Assembly: GCA_963728205.1 (NCBI GenBank)
Contig: CAVSIV010000002.1
Coordinates: 192,001 to 256,000, forward strand
Origin: an uncultured Chloroflexia bacterium
Lineage (GTDB): Bacteria > Chloroflexota > Dehalococcoidia > UBA2979
Direction: 5' to 3'
Length of the DNA: 64,000 bases
Shown in pieces: positions 45,065 to 55,692 of this stretch; position 1 is the stretch's first letter, and each line of letters begins with the position of its first letter. The notes beneath the pieces are model-generated. The model was given only the letters and a program-made list of their open reading frames with translations, was not told the origin of the DNA and did no database searches. A program made the translations under genes and the position numbers.

Positions 45065-46534
45065 ATGCCGGTGGCGGCCCTGCAGTCGGCTCGAGTCCAC
45101 CGAAGCGGCTGGCAAGACCTGTTCATCAAGCGGGAGCTCGACTACATCCCGCGCGGTGGCGATCGCTACTTCATGCTGATCGTGAAGGCGCTCGCCGGCT
45201 TCCTCGGCACGATGAGCATCAGCGTGGGCGCGGTCGCCCCACTCATCGTGAAGTCCGAGCACTTCAGCACCGTCGACTATGGCCACATCGTCGGCGTGGT
45301 CGGCATCGTTGCGGCGTTCATCGCGATGTTTGCCGCGCACCTCGCGGACCGGTTCACGCGCATTCGCATCCTGCTCTGGGGCATGCTCCCGCCCCTCGCG
45401 ATCCACTTCGTGATCGCCTTCATGCCCGACGGCCGGCCCGTCGAGTTCGTGCTCCTCTACGCGATGATGGCGTGGACCGAGGCGATGGCGGTCGTGGTCG
45501 TGTCGGCGCTGCTGCGCGACTTCTCTCCGCGCGCGAACCGCTCGGTGGCCGTGGGCCTCGTGACCGTCGGCACGCTGTCGGCGAACTGGGCGGCGACGTT
45601 CAGCGCCGGGCGGCTGCTCGAGCGCGTCGGCACGTGGCAGCACATGTTCTTCGTGTTCGGCCTGATCTCGATCGGCTGCTGGCTCGTGCTGTGGGTCTTC
45701 GGCCGCGAGCCGTCGAGCGGCTACCGTGCGCAGATCGTCCCGTCGCTCGAGCACCTCGACCAGGTGCAGAGCCGCGCGCGCGAGCTCGAGAGCCAGGGCG
45801 TGCACGTCGAGAGCTTCTGGGGCTTCATCCGCAGCGACTGGCGCCTGTGGCTGCTGGCGCTGGGCCAGGGCCTGTTCCTCTTCGGCTACATCACCTTCGT
45901 GGCGTTCGGGCCGCTGTTCACGGTGCAGGGCTTCCACCAGTCGCCGCAAACGGCGGCGGCGATCACGAGCTGGATCTACGCGTCGATCATCGTGTTCCTG
46001 ATCCTCGGCGGCATCGCGTCCGACTGGCTGCGGATGCGGAAGCTGCTCGGCGTCGTGTTTACGACGCTCAGCGGGATCGGGCTGATCGGGCTCGGGCTCT
46101 CGGTGGGGCACCACCTCGGGCAGGGGCAGATCATCCTGCTCTACGTCGTGATCGGCGCGGTGATGGCGACGATGTGGTCGCCGACGAACGCGCTGTTCTC
46201 GGAGAACGCCGAGGACATCGCGGCGACGCGCCAGACGACCGCGTTCGGCGGGCAGGGCGTCGTGACGCGGGTCGTCGACCAGGCGTGGATCTTCTTCGCA
46301 CCGTCACTGCTCGCGGGCCACGGCTGGGGCGCGATCTGGGTCGTGACGGGCGTCGCCGCGCTGGCGGCCGCACCGATCATCGCCTGGTGCCGCGGGCCGT
46401 GGGGGCGGTTCTCGGTCGACGACCTCGAGACGCGCGCCGCGGCCGCCTGGCAGCAGGCGATCGAGGGGGAACCGGGGCCGGGCGCGCCGATGGCAGGCGT
46501 GGCCGCGCCCGGGGACGTCCCCGCCGGCGACTGA
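45065..46534 (+). CDS. MFS transporter
   Basis: AHLADRFTRIR motif A, GGIASDWLRMRK, 12 TM helices; GGAGG RBS. Confidence 0.85.
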   Translation: MPVAALQSARVHRSGWQDLFIKRELDYIPRGGDRYFMLIVKALAGFLGTMSISVGAVAPLIVKSEHFSTVDYGHIVGVVGIVAAFIAMFAAHLADRFTRIRILLWGMLPPLAIHFVIAFMPDGRPVEFVLLYAMMAWTEAMAVVVVSALLRDFSPRANRSVAVGLVTVGTLSANWAATFSAGRLLERVGTWQHMFFVFGLISIGCWLVLWVFGREPSSGYRAQIVPSLEHLDQVQSRARELESQGVHVESFWGFIRSDWRLWLLALGQGLFLFGYITFVAFGPLFTVQGFHQSPQTAAAITSWIYASIIVFLILGGIASDWLRMRKLLGVVFTTLSGIGLIGLGLSVGHHLGQGQIILLYVVIGAVMATMWSPTNALFSENAEDIAATRQTTAFGGQGVVTRVVDQAWIFFAPSLLAGHGWGAIWVVTGVAALAAAPIIAWCRGPWGRFSVDDLETRAAAAWQQAIEGEPGPGAPMAGVAAPGDVPAGD

Positions 46535-46621
46535 TTGCGGCCGCGCACGTCGGCTGGCGGGGGGCGCACCGGGACCGGAGCGGTGCGCCCCTCCGGCTGT
46601 TCGGACGGGAGCTGTTGCGGG

Positions 46622-47311
46622 ATGACCTACATCACGCCGGAGCAGGCGCGCGACTTCTACTCGCGCGTCGGCCGCTGGCAGGACACGCAGGCCTTCTATG
46701 AGCGCAGCGCCGTCGCCGCGATGCTGGCGCACGGCGCGTTCGGCGATGCGCACTCCGTCGCGGAGCTGGGGTGCGGGACGGGGAAGCTCGCCGCCGAGCT
46801 GATGGGCCGGCTGCCGTCCGATGCGCGCTACGTGGGGATCGACGTGAGCCCCGAGATGGTGCGGCTCGCGACGGAGCGGCTGCGGCGCTGGAACGACCGC
46901 GCCGAGGCGCGGGTCAGCGACGGCGACCTGCGGTTGCCGGTCGCCGACGGCGCGTGCGATCGCGTGGTTTCGACGTACGTGCTCGACCTGCTGAGCCCGG
47001 CCGACGCGCGTGCCGCGACCGCCGAGGCGGCGCGCGCGCTCGCGCCCGGGGGGCTGCTCTGCCTCGTCAGCCTCGCCGCCGGCGCCGGCGGCGTCGCGGG
47101 GCTCGTCTCGCGCGCCTGGCTGTGGACGTGGGCGCGCCGGCCGGGGCTCGTCGGCGGGTGCCGGCCGATCCGCCTGGAGGACACGATCGACGCCGGGGCG
47201 TGGGACGTCGTGCACCACGAGGTCGTGGCGCCGTTCGCGGTCGCGTCCGAGGTGCTGATTGCGCGACGCCTGCCGGCCACCATGCCGAGCGCGGAGGACG
47301 TGGGAGGCTGA
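46622..47311 (+). CDS. Class I SAM-dependent methyltransferase
   Basis: VAELGCGTG, YVGIDVSPEM, RALAPGG. Confidence 0.88.
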   Translation: MTYITPEQARDFYSRVGRWQDTQAFYERSAVAAMLAHGAFGDAHSVAELGCGTGKLAAELMGRLPSDARYVGIDVSPEMVRLATERLRRWNDRAEARVSDGDLRLPVADGACDRVVSTYVLDLLSPADARAATAEAARALAPGGLLCLVSLAAGAGGVAGLVSRAWLWTWARRPGLVGGCRPIRLEDTIDAGAWDVVHHEVVAPFAVASEVLIARRLPATMPSAEDVGG

Positions 47312-47391
47312 GCCGTCGCTCGCGCGGGCGCGGTCCGATACGCTGGCCGCTCGCCCGCGTCCGCCACGTGCTCCGAGCAGGCAGGGAGTCC

Positions 47392-48096
47392 ATGCAGCCA
47401 GTGCACCCCGAGAGGTCCCCGCACGGCCGGCGACGGGGTGCCCGCGCGCGGCGCGCCGCGGCGGTCGTCGCGCTCGCCGCGGCGGCCGCGCTCACGCTCG
47501 CTCTGGCCGCCGCGTGCAGCGGCGCGGGCGGCGCGACCGCTACGCCGGCGGGCGCCGTCGACGGCACGACCCACGCCGTGACGACACCCGCCGCGGCTGC
47601 GTCGGGGACCCCGGTGCCGATGTCGACCGCCGCGGCGCCGTGGCCCGCGCCGGCGAACGCCGTGAGCCACATCACGGCTGCCGGCCTGCCCGCGCTCGGC
47701 GGCGAGCAGCTCGCCTACCACGTCCATGCCCACCTCGACCTCGTCATCGAGGGAAATCCGCAGGTCGTTCCGGCCGGGATCGGCATCGACCTCCAGCGCC
47801 AGCTGATCTCGCCGCTCCACACGCACGACACCAGCGGCATCATCCACATCGAAGCCGCCCACCCCGCGACGTTCACCCTTGGCCAGCTCTTCATCGAGTG
47901 GGGCGTCCGTCTCGACGCGAAGTGCGTCGGAGGCTACTGCGACGGCCCCGACCAGCAGGTGCGTGCCTACGTGAACGGCAAGCCATTCCCCGGCGACCCC
48001 CGCACGATCGCGCTGACCTCCCACGAGGAAGTTGCGATCGTGGTCGGCGCGCAGCGTGACATCCCGTCCTCGTTCGAGTTTCCCGCCGGCGACTGA
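47392..48096 (+). CDS. Lipoprotein with a His-rich putative metal-binding domain
   Basis: LAAAC lipobox, Ala/Thr linker, [22 protein letters not shown]-x4-C. Confidence 0.7.
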   Translation: MQPVHPERSPHGRRRGARARRAAAVVALAAAAALTLALAAACSGAGGATATPAGAVDGTTHAVTTPAAAASGTPVPMSTAAAPWPAPANAVSHITAAGLPALGGEQLAYHVHAHLDLVIEGNPQVVPAGIGIDLQRQLISPLHTHDTSGIIHIEAAHPATFTLGQLFIEWGVRLDAKCVGGYCDGPDQQVRAYVNGKPFPGDPRTIALTSHEEVAIVVGAQRDIPSSFEFPAGD

Positions 48097-48187
48097 CGGG
48101 TTCGGCCTCACCGCTCCTGCTCGCCACCTCCACGCGGGGCGTCTTCACTTCGCCGCGTACTCTCGATCCGCACGGGAAGGCGCAGCG

Positions 48188-49843
48188 ATGGAACCGAGTC
48201 CACTGGCGGGCCAGCCGCCGCCGGAGGCGATGCTCGACAACATCCCCCGGCTCGTGACCGCCTACTTCACGGAGCACCCGGACCCCACCGACCCGGCTCA
48301 GCGCGTGCGCTTCGGGACGTCCGGGCACCGCGGGTCGTCGCTCGACGGCACCTTCAACGAGCGCCACATCCTCGCGATCACGCAGGCCATCTGCTGGCAG
48401 CGACGCGAAGCCGGCATCGACGGCCCGCTGTTCATGGGCATGGACACGCACGCGCTCTCCGAGCCGGCGCTCGCCACCGCGCTCGAGGTGCTCGCCGCGA
48501 ACGGCGTCGACGTCATGCTCGCGGTTGACGACGACTACACGCCGACGCCGGCGGTCTCGCACGCCATCCTCACCTACAACCGCGAGCGGACGAGCGGCCT
48601 CGCCGACGGCATCGTGATCACCCCATCGCACAACCCGCCGCGCGACGGCGGATTCAAGTACGACCCGCCGAGCGGCGGGCCCGCGGACACGGCGGTCACC
48701 GCACGCATCGAGGAGCGCGCGAACGCGCTGCTCGCCGACGGCCTGCGCGGCGTCGAGCGCATGCCACTTGCGCGCGCACGCGGCGCGGCGACCACGCACC
48801 GCCACGACTATCGCGACGCCTACGTCGGCGATCTCGGGGACGTCGTCGACATGGAGGCAATCCGCGCGGCCGGCGTGCGCATCGGCGTGGATCCGCTCGG
48901 CGGCGCCGGCGTCCGCTACTGGCCCGCGATCGCCGAGCGTTACGGGCTCGATCTGGAGGTCGTGAACGGCGCCGTCGATCCGACGTTCCGCTTCATGACG
49001 CTCGACTGGGACGGGCGCATCCGCACCGACCCGTCGTCGCCGCAGGCGATGGCGCGCCTCGCGCCGCTGCAGGAGCGGTTCGACGTCGCGCTCGCGGCGG
49101 ACGCCGACCACGACCGCCACGGAATCGTCGCCCACAGCACCGGCCTGCTCCCGCCGAACCACTACCTGGCGACCGCCATCGCCTACCTCTTCGCGCACCG
49201 CCCCGCGTGGGCGCCCGGGACGGCGGTCGGCAAGACGGCCGTGAGCAGCAGCCTGATCGACCGCGTCGCGGCGAAGCTCGGTCGGCGGCTCTACGAGGTG
49301 CCGGTCGGCTTCAAATGGTTTGTGCCGGGGCTGCTCGACGGCTCGATCGGCTTCGGCGGCGAGGAGAGCGCCGGCGCATCGTTCCTGCGCATCGGCGGCG
49401 ACACGTGGACGACGGACAAGGATGCGATCGCGCCCGGGCTGCTCGCCGCGGAGATGACCGCGCGCGCCGGCCGCGACCCGGGCGAACTGTATCGCGCACT
49501 GACCGAGGAGCTCGGCGAGCCCGACTACGACCGGATCGACGCGCCCGCGACGGCCGAGCAGCGCGCGCTGCTCGGCAGGCTGTCCGCCGAGCAGATCCGC
49601 ATCACCGAACTGGCCGGCGAGCCGATCGAGGCGATCCTGACGGCGGCGCCGGGCAACGGCGCCGCGCTGGGCGGCGTGAAGGTGACCGCGGCGGGCGGGT
49701 GGTTCGCCGCGCGCCCGTCGGGCACGGAGGACATCTACAAGATCTACGCGGAGAGCTTCCGCGGCGGGGACGTCCTCCGCCGGATCCAGGAGCAGGCGCA
49801 GCACGTCGTCGACGGCGTCCTGCGCGGCGCCGGGGCCGGCTAA
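48188..49843 (+). CDS. pgm: Phosphoglucomutase (glucose-1,6-bisphosphate-dependent)
   Basis: [42 protein letters not shown]. Confidence 0.96.
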   Translation: MEPSPLAGQPPPEAMLDNIPRLVTAYFTEHPDPTDPAQRVRFGTSGHRGSSLDGTFNERHILAITQAICWQRREAGIDGPLFMGMDTHALSEPALATALEVLAANGVDVMLAVDDDYTPTPAVSHAILTYNRERTSGLADGIVITPSHNPPRDGGFKYDPPSGGPADTAVTARIEERANALLADGLRGVERMPLARARGAATTHRHDYRDAYVGDLGDVVDMEAIRAAGVRIGVDPLGGAGVRYWPAIAERYGLDLEVVNGAVDPTFRFMTLDWDGRIRTDPSSPQAMARLAPLQERFDVALAADADHDRHGIVAHSTGLLPPNHYLATAIAYLFAHRPAWAPGTAVGKTAVSSSLIDRVAAKLGRRLYEVPVGFKWFVPGLLDGSIGFGGEESAGASFLRIGGDTWTTDKDAIAPGLLAAEMTARAGRDPGELYRALTEELGEPDYDRIDAPATAEQRALLGRLSAEQIRITELAGEPIEAILTAAPGNGAALGGVKVTAAGGWFAARPSGTEDIYKIYAESFRGGDVLRRIQEQAQHVVDGVLRGAGAG

Positions 49844-49844
49844 C

Positions 49845-50056
49845 GGCGCACGGCAGGCTTCAAGCCTGCCGCGCAGGAACGCGTCACCGGCCCGACCGCT
49901 GTCCTCGACGCCGACTGCGTCCGCGTCCTGTCGGCGTCGTGTCTGCCGCCGCGTGGCTGGCGGCGCCAGGTGTGGCCCGCTCCCGCACGAGGTGGCAACG
50001 GCGCGCCCGCGAGAGCCGGTCACCAGCCACGGCCGGCCTGAAGCCGGCCGTGCGCC
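49845..50056. repeat. Inverted pair of palindromic REP-like elements (REPIN-like) between convergent genes
   Basis: ggcgcacggcAggcttcaagccTgccg (49845-) and, on the reverse strand, ggcgcacggcCggcttcaggccGgccg (-50056). Confidence 0.65.
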
Positions 50057-50141
50057 CGGCCGCATGCCCCGCCCGGCGCGGCCCCGGCGGGGGTAAGTCG
50101 CCGCCGGGCCCGCGGCCCAGTGGCCCGCGGCTGCGCCGGGC

Positions 50142-51020
50142 CTACCGCCAGGCGCGGCCTTCGTCGCCGTCGGGGACGGCGATCGCGAAGATGCCGCCGA
50201 CGGCGCGCTCCAGCCAGGCCGTGCCGCCGGCGCGGTCGAACGCGAGGAGGAGCGGATCCGTCAGCCAGCGCAGGTGGTCGGGCGGGGCCGCGATGCCCTC
50301 GAACTGCGGGCCGAACCCGCGGGCGCGCGCGACGAGCTCGGCGCGGTAGACGAGCCCGCCCAGCGTGTGCGCCTGCGCGGCGACCTCGCGATCGCGTACC
50401 GGGAAGGCAATCGTGTCGGCCAGCCACGCGGGGAAGTGCCAGCGCAGCGCCAGCGACCCCGCGAGCTCGGACTCCGGGAATCCGAAGACGTGCTGCACCG
50501 CCGCCCCGAGGCTCGTGTGCTCGGCCTCCGCGATGCTCACCGCCCGGCCGAAGGCGTCGGGCGCGTACCGTGCGAGCACGAGGCGGCCGATCGTCGAGAA
50601 GAAGGCGGCGGGGAATGCCTCGCCGGCGTGCGCGCGATCGAGCCCCGCGCCGACCATCGCCAGCGCGCCGACCGCAATCGCGTGGTTCCAGAACATGAGC
50701 CGGTCGAGGTGCGGGGTCGGGCCGTCGAGTGCCGCAATCGTCGTGGCAGCGAGCGCCGAGGCGAGTACCGGCGAGCGCCCCATGCGCGCCGCTCCTTCGG
50801 GGATGCTGCTGAAGCGCTGCCCGAAGGGCGAGTCCTCGAGCCGCCGCATGCGCCGGGCGAACCGCTCGTCAGTGGGCTGCAGGATCTCGACGATGCGCTC
50901 GACGGCGTCGGGCGCGTCGGCGCGCACGGTCAGCAGCGCCGCGGCATGGCCGCACACGGGATGCTGCTCGATGACGAGGTCGCTCAGGCGCTGCAGGGTG
51001 TCCGTGCCCGGTCGGCCCAC
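50142..51020 (-). CDS. HDOD domain protein (degenerate HD)
   Basis: SSIPEGAARMG, FWNHAIAVG, AFPAAFFSTIGRL (HDIG replaced), LRWHFP; AGGAG RBS. Confidence 0.75.
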   Translation of the reverse strand: MGRPGTDTLQRLSDLVIEQHPVCGHAAALLTVRADAPDAVERIVEILQPTDERFARRMRRLEDSPFGQRFSSIPEGAARMGRSPVLASALAATTIAALDGPTPHLDRLMFWNHAIAVGALAMVGAGLDRAHAGEAFPAAFFSTIGRLVLARYAPDAFGRAVSIAEAEHTSLGAAVQHVFGFPESELAGSLALRWHFPAWLADTIAFPVRDREVAAQAHTLGGLVYRAELVARARGFGPQFEGIAAPPDHLRWLTDPLLLAFDRAGGTAWLERAVGGIFAIAVPDGDEGRAWR

Positions 51021-51187
51021 CGAGGCTCCTCTCCGCGTGCGCGCCCCGCGACACGTCCCACCGCGGCCGTGACGGTTCCGCGGATACACACAGACCGTAT
51101 CCACGCGTGCGCGCAAGGGAGCGCGTCAGATCACGTATACGTTCTGGTACGTCACACACGGACGCGGCGGGTCGACCGCGCGCCGCG

Positions 51188-53504
51188 TCAGCGGTCCGCG
51201 CGCGACTCGGCATGCTCGCCCGTGGAGGTGGCCTCGTCGGCCTCGTCGACGAGCATCGCGGGAAGCGAGACGTGGAATGTCGTGCCGCGACCCGGACCGG
51301 CGCTCTCGGCCCAGACGCGGCCGCCGTGCGCGGATACCAGGTCGTGCACGATCGAGAGACCGAGGCCCTGGCCCTGCACCGTGCGGTCGTCGGTTGCGCG
51401 ATACGAGCGCTCGAAGATGCGGTTGAGCTCGTGCGCGGGGATGCCGCTGCCTCGGTCGCGCACGCTGAGCAGTGCTTCGTTTCCGCGGCCGGCTGCGAAG
51501 AGCTCCACCGGTCGATCGGAGGACGAGTACTTGGCGGCGTTCTCGAGCAGGTTGTCGAGCACCTGCCCGAGCCACGCGCGATCGCCCATGATGGGCGGCG
51601 CCGGCGCGACGGTGACGCGCAGGTCACGATCCTCGTGCGCCCCGCGGAAGCGGGCGGCCGCCTCGTGCACGAGGTCGGCCGGGTCGAGGATCGCGCGGCG
51701 CGCGGGGACCACGCCGCCGTTCGCACGCGAGGCATCGACGAAGCCCTCGATGATCTCGTTCAGCCGCTGTACCTGGTCGTTCACCACGCCGAGGTGCCGC
51801 TCCATGATCCGGCTGTAGCCGAGCACCGAGGTCAGCGGCGTCCGCAGCTCGTGGCCCATCGTCGCGATCAGGTCTTCCTTCGCCTGCAGCGCCTGCCGCT
51901 CGCGGGTGATCTCACGCAGCGCGATCGTCTGTGCGCCCGGCTCCACGGCATCGAGCGGCATCGCGACGACGACGAACGTGCGCGCCGGGTCGCCGACCTG
52001 CAGCTCCTCCGGCAGGGCGCGCGGATCGAGCGTCGCGGGGTCGACGTCGAGCGCCCGGAAGGCCGCGTTCGAGCGGATGGGACGGCGGTCGTCGCCCAGC
52101 ACGAGCAGCGGCACGGGCGCGGCATCGATGGTCGTGCGCAGGCGTCGTCGCTCCTCGGCGAGCCGCTCGACGGCGCGGCAGCGGCGGACGGCGGGGGTGG
52201 CGAGCGCGCAGAGGGTTTCGAGCCACGCGCGCTCCTCGGGCTGGAGGCCGCGTTCCTCGCGGTCCATCAGGAGCGCGAGGTCCGACGCGAGCCGGCGGGT
52301 GACGGGCGCACGCTCGGGATCGGCCGGCCCCGACCAGTGGTGCTCGCCGGCAATCGTCTCGCCGGAGGCGCGGTCGACGACGGACGCGCGCGCCGAGAGG
52401 GCCTGTCGCGCGGCGGAGGCGACGGCGGCGACCGCGACGGTGAGCGCGCTCGTGCCGGCGAGCGCGGCGGCGGCGTCGCGGAGCACCGACTCGCGGCGGA
52501 GCGCCTCGCGCACGGCGGCGTGATCATCGGCGCGGGCAAGCACCTCGCCGGCCCACGTCACGAGCGCGGACACGCGCGCGCGGACGTCGGCGGTGAAGCG
52601 GTCGCCGGGTGCCGGGCCGAGCGCGAGCACCGCGCGTGACGGAGCGCCGGCGGGCCCGAGCGCGGCGACGAGCACCGTTTGCAGATCCGGGTTCACGTGG
52701 GTCTCGGCGAAGACGTCCGGCCGCTGCTCGAGCGACCGCACGATCGCAGGACGCAGATCCGCAGTGGAGATCGCCGCGGCCTGCCCGTCCACGGCGGCCG
52801 ACGCGAGTGCGCCGGAGTCCCGAATCCCACCACCACAGTCGCGCGGCCGGCGTGCCGGCGAGCGTGCGGGCCGCGCGCGCGACGGCGGCGGCGACCGCGG
52901 CGCGATCGAGGTCGCCCGCGAGGTCGCGTCCGGCGTCGGCCGCGGCACGCCAGGCCTCGGTCTGCAGCGTGCTCGCGTTGAGGCGTGAGGCGGCCCAGGT
53001 GAGGAGCGCGCCGATGCCGGTGACCGCCGCGGCGGCCCACGCGGCGGCGGTCCACGGCGGGGTCAGCGCGCCGTCGGCGACGAGCGGCGCCGCGGCGGTG
53101 ATCGCGGTCGCGCCCGCGAGCCCGGGGAGTGCGAGCACGGTCGCCGCGCGAGCGACCGCGGCGCCGGCGGGCACGGCGATCGCGACCGGCAGGAGGTAGA
53201 GCGTCCAGAGCGGGAGGGATGGCTGAGCCCCGGCCGCGATGCCCGCGCTCACGAACAGCACGTCGAACACCGCGCCGACAAGCGGCGCGCGACGGCCCAG
53301 CCGCGCATCCACCGCCGGCAGGCCGAGCACGAAGGCGAGCGCGATGTAGCCGGCGATGACCGCCGCGATCGCGCCGAGCGCCGGCGCGTTCGCGCCGGTC
53401 GCGACGGCCCCGCCGCCGAGGGTCGCGAGAAGCGCGCGGCCCCACCAGGCGAAGCGGCGCGTCGGCAGCTCGACGACGGAGCCGCGGAAGGGGGAATCGC
53501 GCAT
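51188..53504 (-). CDS. Membrane sensor histidine kinase (TM-GAF-PAS-HisKA-HATPase); apparent frameshift near 52820
   Basis: N-terminal TM helices in ORF 52524-53651; GHELRTPL, NLLENAAKYS, DRGSGI and GQGLGL in ORF 51188-52948; GAGGAGG RBS. Confidence 0.82.
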
Positions 53505-53825
53505 CTGACCTCCTCGAGCTCCCGCGCGCCCGGCGTGCGGACGCGCGACGCGCCGAGGTCCCGGCGGGTCCCACCCGTCGTCGAGCATACGACCAGCGGT
53601 CGCGCGCTCGGGAACCCGGGCGGGCGGGGCGGCGGCCTGCGTGTCGCTCATCGATCGCTCCCGTGCCGGTGTCCTACCAGGGCGTCCGGCAGCAGGTAAA
53701 CGTCTGCGAGGGTTGCAACGTTGAGAAGCGTGGCGGGCGCACGTGGACCGGCAGGGGATTGCGACGGGCGGGGACGCGCTACCCTGTGCACCGACCCTGG
53801 GCGGGGATGAACCCGGGGGTTGTCA

Positions 53826-54127
53826 TGTTCTCGTCCGACCGGCTGCTGTCTTACTACGTGCGCAGCGCCCTGCCGTTCGTCTCGGGGCTCGCGTTCGGCC
53901 TCTACCAGGACCGCCTGCACTTGCCGCTGGCGGTGATGGTGGTGGTGGGCATGGTGCTCGTCGTCGTGGGTCCGCTCGCTATCCAGACGGTGCTGGCGCT
54001 CGTGGTCGACGCGTTGCGCGGGGGACCGCAGGACGGCGCGGCGCAGGGACAGCCGCCGGCGCTCGTCGACTACCGCCGGCCGCCCCAGCAGCCCACGGAC
54101 CTGTTCCGCCGGGGATCGCGCCGCTAG
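53826..54127 (+). CDS. Small two-TM hypothetical membrane protein
   Basis: MFSSDRLLSYYVRSALPFVSGLAFG...hydrophobic helix; start uncertain. Confidence 0.5.
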
Positions 54128-54942
54128 TACAACTCCGCCGCCGCGGCCTCGAGCGCACGACGCTCGTCGGCGTCCATCGGCTCGTACGTCGTCGCCGTTG
54201 CGACGTTGTCGTGGATGCGGGACGGGTGGCGCGCGCCCGGGATGGCGACCGAGACGGCGGGATGTGACAGGACATAACGCAGCAGGTTCGCCGGAGTCAG
54301 GATGCCGGCCGTGCCGTCGGCGAGGCGCGTCCGCATCACGCTCGTCCGGCCCGAGCCGCCGAGCGGGCGCATCACGATCGCGCCGACGTCGTGCTGCGCT
54401 GCGAGGTCGAGCAGCGGCGCGCTCTCGGTGAAGAAGGCCGAGTACTCGATCATCACGGTGGCGAATGCGTCCGACGTGATGATCTCGCGGGCGATCTCGA
54501 GGTGGTGCGTCGACGCGCCGATGTGCCTGATCAGGCCGCGGTACCGGGCGATCTGGAGGCCTTCGAGCGCGCCGTCCTCGCCCATCACCGCCCGCCACGC
54601 GTCCCACGTCGAGACGTCGTGCAGCTGGTAGAGGTCGATCGCCTCGACGCCGAGCATGCTCAGGGAGCGGTCGACGTCGCGCTGGCTGCCGTCGGCGGTG
54701 TGGCTGAAGGTCTTGGTCGCCACGTGGAAGTTCGCGCCGCCGCGCTCACGCACCACCTGGCCGATCATGAACTCGCTGCCCTCGTACTCACGGGCCGTGT
54801 CGACGAAGTCGATGCCGGTGTCGAGGGCGGCGCGCAGCGTGTCGGGACCGTCGGGTGAGGTAGGCGTGTCCATCGCGCCGAGCCCGAGCTCGGTGACTGC
54901 CAGGTCGGTGCGGCCGAGGCGTCGGCGTTGTAGCGCGGGCAT
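54124..54942 (-). CDS. Aldo/keto reductase
   Basis: RRLGRTDL, FVDTAREY, ATK, DLYQLH (D-Y-K-H tetrad), VAIPG. Confidence 0.9.
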   Translation of the reverse strand: MPALQRRRLGRTDLAVTELGLGAMDTPTSPDGPDTLRAALDTGIDFVDTAREYEGSEFMIGQVVRERGGANFHVATKTFSHTADGSQRDVDRSLSMLGVEAIDLYQLHDVSTWDAWRAVMGEDGALEGLQIARYRGLIRHIGASTHHLEIAREIITSDAFATVMIEYSAFFTESAPLLDLAAQHDVGAIVMRPLGGSGRTSVMRTRLADGTAGILTPANLLRYVLSHPAVSVAIPGARHPSRIHDNVATATTYEPMDADERRALEAAAAELY

Positions 54943-55218
54943 CGGCGAACTCCTCTCGGCGACCGGAGCGGCCGCGCTTCGCTGATACATGTGCAGGTCA
55001 GCGCACGTGGTGCTGCGGCGTCAAGCGCCCCCCGTCGCTCACCCGCCGTACATGCGCGAGTCGCGTCGAGAGCGGCCGAGGAACACTGTCACAAACCCGC
55101 AACCCCATATGCGCGAGCGTCATTCCTCTGTCACGGGTCACGCCGTAGGGTCCCCCGTACCGCTTCTCTGGCCCGTCGTCATTTCGCCGTCGTCTCGCAC
55201 CGTCGAAGGGGGTCGCCT

Positions 55219-55692
55219 GTGCGTGCCCAGGAGCACCGGCGTCTCAGCCGTCGGGCCGTGCTCCGGCTCGGATCGCGGCTGTCGCTGGTCGCCGCGTTCG
55301 GCGGCGCGATGGCCGGGTGCGAGGCGGGTGGGGAGACGGCCCCCGGCGTGATCCCGGGCGGCTCGCCCACGCCGGACTTCGCGGGCAGCCCGACGGCGGT
55401 GCACATGACCGATCAGCGCCGGTTCGACCCGCCGTCCGTGCGGATCCGGAAAGGGGCGCAGATCACCTGGATCAACTCGTCGAACATCGCGCACACCGCC
55501 ACGGACGACCCGTCGATCGCGCTCAAGCCGGAGGACGCGATTCTCCCGGGCGGCGCGCAGCCGTGGGATTCGGGGCTGCTGCAGCCCGGCGATCGCTGGA
55601 CGCGGCAGTTCACGGTGCCGGGCGACTACACGTACTTCTGCGTCCCGCACGAGAGCAACGGGATGATCGCCCACATCACGGTGACGCCGTGA
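55219..55692 (+). CDS. Blue-copper cupredoxin (plastocyanin/auracyanin-like), Tat lipoprotein
   Basis: SRRAVL, MAGC lipobox, AHTAT, YFCVPHESNGM type-1 Cu ligands. Confidence 0.88.
   Translation: MRAQEHRRLSRRAVLRLGSRLSLVAAFGGAMAGCEAGGETAPGVIPGGSPTPDFAGSPTAVHMTDQRRFDPPSVRIRKGAQITWINSSNIAHTATDDPSIALKPEDAILPGGAQPWDSGLLQPGDRWTRQFTVPGDYTYFCVPHESNGMIAHITVTP

Noticed and set aside
53680-53825. c-di-GMP-I (GEMM) riboswitch near GGTAAAC..GCGA
   Set aside because: The stem is poor and the downstream ACGCAAAGC-like consensus is missing.
55086-55135. ECF41-type promoter (TGTCACA-N16-CGTC) upstream of the cupredoxin
   Set aside because: CTGTCAC occurs twice but neither copy has CGTC at the required spacing.
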